This document shows positions 19,051-25,947 of a stretch of 34,391 nucleotides of DNA, piece by piece (position 1 is the stretch's first letter; each line of letters begins with the position of its first letter). Source of the DNA: a virus. Taxonomy: Duplodnaviria > Caudoviricetes. The notes under the pieces were generated by a model, which saw only the letters and a list, made by a program, of their open reading frames with translations, did no database searches and was not told the origin of the DNA. The translations under genes and the position numbers were made by a program. The DNA lies in IMG/VR virus record IMGVR_UViG_3300002541_000010, positions 1 to 34,391 of that record, one strand, 5' to 3'.

Positions 19051-19074
19051 AAAAAAGCATCCCAAAGGATGCTT
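19051..19074 (-). terminator. Intrinsic terminator upstream of terminase
   Basis: AAGCATCC-TTTG-GGATGCTT followed by T-run. Confidence 0.7.
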
Positions 19075-19083
19075 AATTATTAT

Positions 19084-19196
19084 TTATTGATTTTTTATTG
19101 TTTCAATAGCGTTATGTATTGCCTTAATTTTTAATTTAAAATCTTCCAAATCCGCTATAGATATATATTTCCTATTTCCTACTCGCTAATCTCCAT
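19084..19196 (-). pseudogene. Remnant of a moron gene
   Basis: SD plus ATG 19196 gives only MEISE*; an out-of-frame open stretch RVGNRKYISIADLEDFKLKIKAIHNAIETIKNQ* ends just before the terminator. Confidence 0.45.
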
Positions 19197-19218
19197 AAAA
19201 ACACTTCCTTCCACCCAA

Positions 19219-19247
19219 ATATTACTACATTGTGTCAGTATATGCAA
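19219..19247 (-). promoter_or_regulatory. Putative sigma-A promoter of collapsed moron
   Basis: TTGCAT-17 bp-TAATAT, same hexamers and spacing as the host tRNA promoter at 34095-34123. Confidence 0.55.
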
Positions 19248-19267
19248 TATAAAAGGAAGTTTTTCTA

Positions 19268-19379
19268 TCACTCGGGCAAGGATTTGCACCCTGCAACCGG
19301 GTACCACTCTCGCGGGTTTCGATTTAATCCCTATCCACCCACGGTCTGTGGCTGCGTCTACCTATTCCGCCACCGAGTG
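19268..19379 (-). ncRNA. tRNA-like RNA with extended anticodon arm
   Basis: Acceptor CACTCGG/CCGAGTG, tRNA-Leu-type D arm TG-GCGGAATAGGTAGACGC, T arm GCAGGG-TGCAAAT-CCTTGC; no canonical 7-nt anticodon loop. Confidence 0.8.
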
Positions 19380-19562
19380 TTATATATCAATACTTACTAC
19401 TTCAATCTTCTCTATTTCATCTTTAACTTTATTAATAACCTTTTTTATTTCGCTTTCTACCTGATATAGTGTTCGCAATATTATCAATAGTTTTTCTTTC
19501 TGCATCTTTAAATCGGGCTCACTTTTTATCACTTCATTTATTAATAAATTAATCTTATCCAT
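19380..19562 (-). CDS. 60-aa hypothetical protein
   Basis: Overlaps upstream gene end with SD-like GGGGGAAG; stop abuts the tRNA-like RNA. Confidence 0.55.
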   Translation of the reverse strand: MDKINLLINEVIKSEPDLKMQKEKLLIILRTLYQVESEIKKVINKVKDEIEKIEVVSIDI

Positions 19563-19894
19563 TCTGCTTCCCCCCAGTTTTTAATTTCATTTACACCAAA
19601 TCCGTCTATATCGCAGGCTCCGCTATCTGTTGGAATATAATGTGCATTGGGGTGTTGAGGATACATAAACTCAATCATTGCGAAATTTGCAATATCAGCT
19701 AAAAATTCAGCGTTTCCTGTTTCTTTATATTTTTGTAGTCTCTTTTCTAGGCTGTTAATAGCATTAATGGTTTTTTCGGTTTTGTAATTCTCTTTGATAG
19801 ATCCGTATTTGTAGTAAGACATAACCATCATATTCTTACGGATTTCGTCAAACCGTTCTGAATATTCAGTTTTAAGAATTTCCTCCCTATTCAC
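19541..19894 (-). CDS. Putative all-alpha NTP pyrophosphatase (MazG-like)
   Basis: YKYG followed by helical segment and EFLADIANFAMIEF, resembling the ExxDxxN motif of MazG-like proteins; SD GGAGGT. Confidence 0.55.
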   Translation of the reverse strand: MNREEILKTEYSERFDEIRKNMMVMSYYKYGSIKENYKTEKTINAINSLEKRLQKYKETGNAEFLADIANFAMIEFMYPQHPNAHYIPTDSGACDIDGFGVNEIKNWGEAEWIRLIY

Positions 19895-19897
19895 GCC

Positions 19898-21013
19898 TTA
19901 CCTCCAATTCTTCCAATCATCTGTTATAGCTTTATAGAATGGAATATATTCTTGTTTGATCCGAGTTACTGTTCCATCATCATCAACATGTACTTCTACA
20001 ATCCAGCCACCCATATGTGCCGATATTTGCTTACCTCTCATCCATGGCGTCTGCGCGCATACCGTTCCGCTTTGGATTGCGTGTACGTTTCTGTAGAAGA
20101 TATATTCTGCCTTATGGTAATGTCCAACTGCTAATATATTAGGTTTTTCACCGCCTGACATAGCTTCAATCATTTTTTGCGTCTTATATGAGATTGCATA
20201 TGCCGTGCCATCTATGGGATGTCTTAATTCTAATGTGCAGTTTGGTGTCAGGTTGATTACTGCGCTCATGTATCCGAGATAAATCATATCCGGCCGTTTT
20301 TCTGCTATCTTGCATCCAATGTCTAATCCGCATATTTTTACATAGCTTATATCATGATTACCGGTAATAAAGTGTGTTGTAATACCTTCTCGTTTTGGGA
20401 ATACTCTTACTATTTCTTCAATGTGTTCATCTGCACCATGATTATATAATTCATATTCGTGGCCCGGACGCATTTTCTCGCCTTCGTCTATATCGCCAGT
20501 ATGATAGACCGTATCAATTCCCTCTGACTTAAAAATGTCGTATAGCTTATGCAAATGGGTAATTTGCGTGTATTTTGAATTGATGTGCGTATCGCCAATG
20601 ATACCAAATCTTATTATTTTCTCGCCTGTCCATTCTCTTTCTATCCTATTTTCTGTTGGTACGACGATATTAGATATTTGCACAATGTCGCCAATACGCT
20701 GTATATTGTATCCTTGATTTTTTATATCGGATATGATACTTTCTGCTGTTGTTAATGATATATTTAGTTTTTCTGCTAACTCACTTATCTCAATGCCTTT
20801 CTTTAGAGTTTCGATAATGTCAAATTTCTGTTTATTTTCTTTCTTTTGTACCGGCTCACTCATTTGGTAGCCATTTCGCCAATTACGTATCATTCGCATC
20901 ATGCTTTCGATAGAGCCGTTAGAGTGCTGGTTAAATATTTTATATATCTCAGTAGCTTCAACTCCATCATCCGCCATTTCTATACATTTTTTCTTTATCT
21001 CCAAAGGTATCAA
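19898..21013 (-). CDS. HTH-fused calcineurin-like metallophosphoesterase (371 aa, TTG start revised)
   Basis: GDTH, HTGDIDEG, GNHD, RHP and GHYH motifs; N-terminal helix-turn-helix (ISELAEKLNISLTTAESII). Confidence 0.88.
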   Translation of the reverse strand: MIPLEIKKKCIEMADDGVEATEIYKIFNQHSNGSIESMMRMIRNWRNGYQMSEPVQKKENKQKFDIIETLKKGIEISELAEKLNISLTTAESIISDIKNQGYNIQRIGDIVQISNIVVPTENRIEREWTGEKIIRFGIIGDTHINSKYTQITHLHKLYDIFKSEGIDTVYHTGDIDEGEKMRPGHEYELYNHGADEHIEEIVRVFPKREGITTHFITGNHDISYVKICGLDIGCKIAEKRPDMIYLGYMSAVINLTPNCTLELRHPIDGTAYAISYKTQKMIEAMSGGEKPNILAVGHYHKAEYIFYRNVHAIQSGTVCAQTPWMRGKQISAHMGGWIVEVHVDDDGTVTRIKQEYIPFYKAITDDWKNWR

Positions 21014-21033
21014 ATTATCACCGTCTTTCCATG

Positions 21034-21067
21034 AAAAAGGCATCCGGCCGCAGCTAACCGGATGCCT
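21034..21067 (-). terminator. Strong hairpin plus U-tract just after late promoter
   Basis: AGGCATCCGG-N10-CCGGATGCCT then TTTT. Confidence 0.7.
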
Positions 21068-21104
21068 AATCTATATAAAAGGAGGTTTATCTTATGTATT
21101 TCAT

Positions 21105-21157
21105 TATAATGTCTCTAAATATAATTTAACATATTTTTGTGTGCCATTCTATGCCAT
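21105..21157 (-). promoter_or_regulatory. Putative late promoter with activator-binding direct repeat
   Basis: ATGGCA twice at 10-bp spacing (21142-21147, 21152-21157) overlapping the activator stop, followed by an AT-rich -10 region; this layout matches RinA/ArpU-type regulators. Confidence 0.55.
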
Positions 21158-21562
21158 CTTGAAATTACTTAAAGCATTACTATGTAGCCTATGAGTTTGT
21201 CTCCAACTATAATTAAGTTCAACGCATATTTCTTCCCAGCTTTTAAATTCCAGGTACCGCTTTCTAAGAATATCAGCTTCTATCCCGTCCGGCATATCAG
21301 CTATTTTGTCTTCTATTTCCAACTTTCGCTTTATGCATTCTGCCCTCAATCTTACTATCTTTGTGTATACCTCTTCTATTCGGACCATTACATCAGACAA
21401 ATCCGTCTGATTATGTGCCTTAGGCATGTCCGAAATAGAAGGAATCTTAGCTGATTCTTCCGTTTCCCGTAAAGACTGTAACTGATCTTCTAATGATTTT
21501 AGTTTATTGCAAAGATTTTTATAGCTGTTAAGGTATTCTTTCTTTTTATCGTTGTCTGTCAA
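21149..21562 (-). CDS. Late transcriptional activator (ArpU/RinA-like, sigma-4-like HTH)
   Basis: KKEYLNSY, ILRKRYL..KSWEEICVELNYSWRQTHRLHSNAL; last early gene. Confidence 0.85.
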   Translation of the reverse strand: MTDNDKKKEYLNSYKNLCNKLKSLEDQLQSLRETEESAKIPSISDMPKAHNQTDLSDVMVRIEEVYTKIVRLRAECIKRKLEIEDKIADMPDGIEADILRKRYLEFKSWEEICVELNYSWRQTHRLHSNALSNFKMA

Positions 21563-21855
21563 TTTATCACCCCTCTAAAACGGTCCGGGATTTTCACATT
21601 GGTATGCTTTGGTTGCAGTCTTGCCCACAAATCGTAATAAAGTATTGACGTCATATAACCAAATTCGTTGCGGCATAATATATGATTTTCATAAAAGGCC
21701 ACTATTCTTACTTTCCTCGTTCCATCCTCAAAAGGTATATCGACGGTTATTTCATCGCCGAATTTAACTTTTTGCATAACCTCTCGCCGCATCTCCTCCA
21801 TGGTTTGCATTGGCAGGTCGTATTGTTTTGGATATACATATGTTACACTTGCCAT
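21559..21855 (-). CDS. Hypothetical protein
   Basis: SD AGGAGG; coupled to neighbours. Confidence 0.7.
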   Translation of the reverse strand: MASVTYVYPKQYDLPMQTMEEMRREVMQKVKFGDEITVDIPFEDGTRKVRIVAFYENHILCRNEFGYMTSILYYDLWARLQPKHTNVKIPDRFRGVIN

Positions 21856-22064
21856 TATCGTTTCCCTCCTATCTTTTCATATAGGTGTTCAGTGTAATTT
21901 ATACAACGTCCATCTTTGCCTATCTGTTTATCCAGCTTATTACATGCCCGACAATTATCCTTATCCTCCCATCCGCATCCGGTACAGGCTGCTATACAGT
22001 TCACGCATGCCTGCCGGCCTTCAGGGATTATGTCGCCACTACTTACGCATCTATCTGCATCCAT
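21855..22064 (-). CDS. Small Cys-rich protein
   Basis: DRCVSSGDIIPEGRQACVNC; SD GGGGAGGT. Confidence 0.7.
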   Translation of the reverse strand: MDADRCVSSGDIIPEGRQACVNCIAACTGCGWEDKDNCRACNKLDKQIGKDGRCINYTEHLYEKIGGKR

Positions 22065-22097
22065 CTGTTTACCTCCCCCAAATTTATGTATATTCTT

Positions 22098-22412
22098 CTA
22101 TCTGCTGTCAATAGAGTGATTACCTTTCAGGGCTTTTCTCCCTGTTTCAACCATTGTATTTATAATGGATGCTGTCAAAGGATTATCCATATTAACATTG
22201 TGGCTCCCTCTGATTTTGGATGTACCGTCTTTCAGGACTTTGTGTACCAAGCACTCTGGACAATAATGCTTAAATTCCCCGTCAACCAACCTTTTCTTCC
22301 AGCCTTCTTCATTCATAAAGTCCATCACATCAGCCCAACTGTCGCATTCTTGCCCTGTTCCGCAGTTATCACAAGTGACCATATACTTGTTTTTATATAT
22401 TTTTTCTATCAT
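22098..22412 (-). CDS. Small Zn-finger protein
   Basis: TCDNCG...GW...HYCPEC. Confidence 0.7.
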   Translation of the reverse strand: MIEKIYKNKYMVTCDNCGTGQECDSWADVMDFMNEEGWKKRLVDGEFKHYCPECLVHKVLKDGTSKIRGSHNVNMDNPLTASIINTMVETGRKALKGNHSIDSR

Positions 22413-22665
22413 CCTTCTTCGCCTCGCTTTCTAGCATTCCAAATTTCTTCATCTTCCTTTTTGTTGCCTCCATGACCTCTTTAGCGTCAAACATTACATA
22501 TATCCCTCTACCTGAGATTTCTGATACAATTTCGCCTTCTGGGCCACCAGGCCACAATCGTCTTGTGTTCCGTTTTCCCCACTTTCCAGGTAACAAAAAG
22601 CCTACGTTAGGACTGCCTAGCATTAGTTGTCGTTCGCAACATTGGATTATTTCTTGTGGTGTCAT
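22393..22665 (-). CDS. Hypothetical protein
   Basis: SD AAGGAAGG; overlaps neighbours. Confidence 0.65.
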   Translation of the reverse strand: MTPQEIIQCCERQLMLGSPNVGFLLPGKWGKRNTRRLWPGGPEGEIVSEISGRGIYVMFDAKEVMEATKRKMKKFGMLESEAKKDDRKNI

Positions 22666-22919
22666 CCTTCCTTACCCTCGCTTTCTATTGGCTTCCTAAG
22701 CCAATCAATATATTGTTTATAAGTTGCAAAGTATGGCGGTTCATCGCCTAAAAACTGTGCCAGTTCTTCATCCGTCATGCTTCGTATACGGTCTGCGTTG
22801 GTCACAATCTTTGGTCTATATGCCCCACAAGGCCAAACTAACCCGCTTCCATTGCGGCAATCATCATACTTTTTACAGTTTTCGCATTTAGGTATCGTGT
22901 TCGTCCTCACTTTCCTCAA
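22662..22919 (-). CDS. Hypothetical protein with TNADRIRSMTDEELA motif; start uncertain
   Basis: Motif is common in Firmicute phage early ORFs; CxxCxxxxxC N-terminus. Confidence 0.65.
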   Translation of the reverse strand: MRKVRTNTIPKCENCKKYDDCRNGSGLVWPCGAYRPKIVTNADRIRSMTDEELAQFLGDEPPYFATYKQYIDWLRKPIESEGKEG

Positions 22920-23019
22920 ATCTTAAATACAAACCACCATGAAAGTTAACGCAGGGTTACTATTTATCAAAACGTGTTTTGCAGTTAACCCACCTTCAAA
23001 GTTAAATACCCGTAAAATT

Positions 23020-23208
23020 TTAGTTTTGCTTAGTAAATATATCCTTAATGCGTTTATGTCGCTCTGAAATCTCTTTTTCTTTTTTAAAGTCCCTTTTTTC
23101 TAAATGTACGCCATCAATATTTACAATAACATTAATATGTTTAATATTTTTTATTCTTAAATACCATATTATTGGCTTTGAAAGTAGTTTACTTATTGGA
23201 TTTTTCAT
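23020..23208 (-). CDS. 62-aa basic AT-rich hypothetical protein
   Basis: SD AAAGGAG; flanked by a 15-bp imperfect direct repeat. Confidence 0.6.
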   Translation of the reverse strand: MKNPISKLLSKPIIWYLRIKNIKHINVIVNIDGVHLEKRDFKKEKEISERHKRIKDIFTKQN

Positions 23209-23239
23209 AATAATCTCCTTACATTCAATAAACTAAATC

Positions 23240-23590
23240 TTAATTTTGCGTAACTTCCCGTATTATTTTTCTTCCGCATTTCGGGCAGTAGTACATTTCG
23301 TTTTTTAATGGAGTATCTACTGCTAAATGCCATAGCAATCCACATTTACTACATTTCCATGTATTAAAATCGTCGAGTTCAAGTATATATTCGCATGTTT
23401 CTTCTTTTGATGCAGGAATATTATGCAAGAATTCTTCGATAGCATCGCAAAGTTTTTCTTTTTCGTAGTCGCTAAAAGATTTATTAGCATGGTATTTAAC
23501 CGTTACAGTACATTCGCATGGATTATTTTGTATTACATTTGCCCATATAGGTCTTATTTCACATGGATTGTCATTGACTGTTATCTTCAT
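23240..23590 (-). CDS. Zn-ribbon protein
   Basis: WKCSKCG...YYCPKCGRKI. Confidence 0.75.
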   Translation of the reverse strand: MKITVNDNPCEIRPIWANVIQNNPCECTVTVKYHANKSFSDYEKEKLCDAIEEFLHNIPASKEETCEYILELDDFNTWKCSKCGLLWHLAVDTPLKNEMYYCPKCGRKIIREVTQN

Positions 23591-23913
23591 GATTTATTAT
23601 CGTCACCCCAATCCAGTGCTTGACCGCAACTGCAACAGTATTTATAGTACGTTATAAGTACGCCGCAATTTGGACATTTATAAATACTGGTTCCTTTGCT
23701 AAAAGTCACATTTCCAATTTTGACAGGCTTGTTTGTTGTGCATTTAACTGGTTTCTTTGGCACCTTCTTTCCCAGTGCTTCTATTGCCAAATCTACTGCT
23801 TTCTCCTGTTCATCCCAATCAACTTTAGAGTTCTGTTTTCTAAGATCTTTAATTTCTGCCTTAAATTCACTCCAATAAGATATAGCCTTTTCAATTTCTT
23901 GCTTATCCATCAT
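23587..23913 (-). CDS. Zn-ribbon protein
   Basis: AIEAL.K..PKKP, CPNCG, YCCSCGQALDW. Confidence 0.78.
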   Translation of the reverse strand: MMDKQEIEKAISYWSEFKAEIKDLRKQNSKVDWDEQEKAVDLAIEALGKKVPKKPVKCTTNKPVKIGNVTFSKGTSIYKCPNCGVLITYYKYCCSCGQALDWGDDNKS

Positions 23914-24085
23914 ATCCCCTCCACTCTTCTTTCTCCCGGTGTATACAATCCGGGCCGTTTATTATATCCCTGCTTGTAAGCACCCTTGGACTATTGTTAT
24001 ACCAGCAAAATATCCGACCGTTTATTATCTTGCGGTGTTTACAGGTCCAGCAGGTGTTGCAGTTTTGCCATTCTTTCTTTGTCAT
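23903..24085 (-). CDS. Small Cys-rich protein
   Basis: SD AAGGAGG; CNTCWTCKH. Confidence 0.65.
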   Translation of the reverse strand: MTKKEWQNCNTCWTCKHRKIINGRIFCWYNNSPRVLTSRDIINGPDCIHREKEEWRGYDG

Positions 24086-24094
24086 AGTTCCTCC

Positions 24095-24898
24095 TTAAAT
24101 TGATAATTGTTCGTAATTATTTTCTTTTAATTGAGTAAATATCGTCGTCTGCACATTCCTAGCTAATTTATCCCGGAATCCCTCGATGTACTCTTTCTTA
24201 ATCTCAAATCCATATGACTTCCGTCCCAATTGCTCCGCAGCTAGTAACGTCACGCCACTGCCAGCTACCGGATCAATTACCACATCACCCGGATCGGTAA
24301 ATAGTTCGATAAGGTTTTGGATTACATAGATACTTTTCTGTGTCGGATGTATTTTCGTTGTTTCCATATCTCGCACATATTCCATGCAGTTAAATATCAT
24401 CTGGCCGTTGTTTCTAAACTTCGGTAGCTTTTCCCGATACATCAGTACGGCATATTCACAATTTCCTACCACTTTCATATTTGCTTTAAGGACCTGTGCA
24501 GAGTAGTTTTTGCGAAATACTAATGGGATATAATGGTTAAATCCGTATTTCTTGCCTTCCTGAATGAGCATGAATTGTTGTTCGTATTCGCAAAATACTA
24601 TCATACATCCGGCTTGACCTTTTTCTTTTGGCTCTTTCTTTAGCATTGTACTGACAAAATGCATAAACTCCGGTACTCTAAAATCATTGTCAGTATCAAA
24701 GAAGGCTTTCTTTGCCAGCTCGCTCTCGCCGTTTTTGTTGTCGCCGTCCTTATACCACTGTGGATTGCTGGCATATGCGTTTTGGCCTATGTTGTATGGG
24801 ATATCCGCTATAATTAGCTGGGCTTTGGGGATATTGTATTTTTTGTAATTTTGGAAATGGTCTCTGTATAAATGCATGTTGCCGATATGTACTTCCAT
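24095..24898 (-). CDS. Orphan DNA amino-methyltransferase (N6A/N4C, beta class)
   Basis: Motif IV IIADIPY, HPTQK, motif I VIDPVAGSGVT, GFEI. Confidence 0.9.
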   Translation of the reverse strand: MEVHIGNMHLYRDHFQNYKKYNIPKAQLIIADIPYNIGQNAYASNPQWYKDGDNKNGESELAKKAFFDTDNDFRVPEFMHFVSTMLKKEPKEKGQAGCMIVFCEYEQQFMLIQEGKKYGFNHYIPLVFRKNYSAQVLKANMKVVGNCEYAVLMYREKLPKFRNNGQMIFNCMEYVRDMETTKIHPTQKSIYVIQNLIELFTDPGDVVIDPVAGSGVTLLAAEQLGRKSYGFEIKKEYIEGFRDKLARNVQTTIFTQLKENNYEQLSI

Positions 24899-24900
24899 AA

Positions 24901-25307
24901 TTACCTCCTGTCATCTGGAAATTTCATAAACGCCGTCCAGTGCGTATTCTTATGTTTGCCGCTTCTATGCCCGAACAATGGTTCCGCGCCCCCCGATCGC
25001 TTTTAAGACATCCTTGAGCGATATATCTACCTCGCTCCATTTAAAGATCAGAGTGCCGTAATCGTCCAGGACCCTCATGCACTCCCAGAAGCCATCATGT
25101 ATCATTTGTGGCCAGTTATCATCCAGGCAACCATATTTTAACCGCATCCATGATGTCGGCCCTGCATTTCCAAGTCTTCTGGCCTTAATTAGTATTGCAT
25201 TTTCCGACCGATTAAGTTTCTTAGCTATAGTTTTGAGAGAAACTGTTCCCCCACTTATCTTGAAGATAATCATATTCTTCTTGTGTCCATTTTCTGCTCT
25301 TTTCCAT
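24901..25307 (-). pseudogene. Chimeric HTH::DNA methyltransferase gene with two +1 frameshifts
   Basis: Removing one G from each of the runs at 25248-25252 and 24989-24994 gives a 134-aa frame MEKSRKWTQEEYDYLQDKWGTVSLK...ARRLG|NAGPTSW...KYG...ECMRVL..GTLIFKW...PLFGHRSGK..THWTAFMK. Confidence 0.75.
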
Positions 25308-25707
25308 GAGTTTCACCCCTTTTTATGCACCACATAGGACTTGTGCGACAGCTTCTATTTATTAGTCTTTTAGCCGGCAAACAAAGCAGTACTTCTCTAT
25401 CTGTTGTATTGTGGACTGTCCAGCATTGTTCGCACTTACTACATCTTGGCGCATCGTATTCCAGATTGGTTCCACCCATCGTTACCCGGGATTGTATCCC
25501 TCTTGACCGCATAAATGCATATACAGCACTTTCATCAACAACTTCATCAAAATAAGGTTGCAATAGCTCAGCAATTTCTCTTACTGTCATACCTGCTATG
25601 ATATATTTGGTTATTTCAGCTATGTACGGATCAAATTTACTTTTCTTAAAACGTTTCTGCCCTCTTTCCATAACAGCCCCCTTATTTACTGGTTTATCTC
25701 TTTGCAT
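25270..25707 (-). CDS. HTH plus Cys-rich hypothetical protein
   Basis: KSKFDPY..I...GMTVREIAELL HTH; CSKCEQC...C...SPMWC. Confidence 0.7.
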   Translation of the reverse strand: MQRDKPVNKGAVMERGQKRFKKSKFDPYIAEITKYIIAGMTVREIAELLQPYFDEVVDESAVYAFMRSRGIQSRVTMGGTNLEYDAPRCSKCEQCWTVHNTTDREVLLCLPAKRLINRSCRTSPMWCIKRGETHGKEQKMDTRRI

Positions 25708-25933
25708 TCGGATTAATCATAAAGCGGACTCTATCCCACTCTTCCATAAATTCAATCTCTTGCTTACTAATAATCCTATATCTATCCTTGTATAAAATTG
25801 CATGCTTGGCATATCTGCTTGCTCGCTCTTTGGGTATTCCAATTGTCTTTTCTATTACGTTATTGCTTTTATCTCGCAATATGTATTTACAAGCCTTAAT
25901 ATCGTAAACACTGTATTGGTTTTGTCCAGGCAT
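25694..25933 (-). CDS. Hypothetical protein
   Basis: SD AAGGAGG; coupled to next gene. Confidence 0.65.
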   Translation of the reverse strand: MPGQNQYSVYDIKACKYILRDKSNNVIEKTIGIPKERASRYAKHAILYKDRYRIISKQEIEFMEEWDRVRFMINPNAKR

Positions 25934-25947
25934 TCCCGTCCCTCCTT

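Noticed and set aside
19268-19379. Calling the element a normal tRNA-Leu or tRNA-Sec
   Set aside because: No 7-nt anticodon loop on a 5-bp stem, non-canonical T loop, and the long arm occupies the anticodon position rather than the variable position.
22098-22260. Possible second deletion fusion after HYCPEC in the 104-aa ORF
   Set aside because: The C-terminal part looks unrelated but I cannot recognise a parent gene; unsupported without a search.
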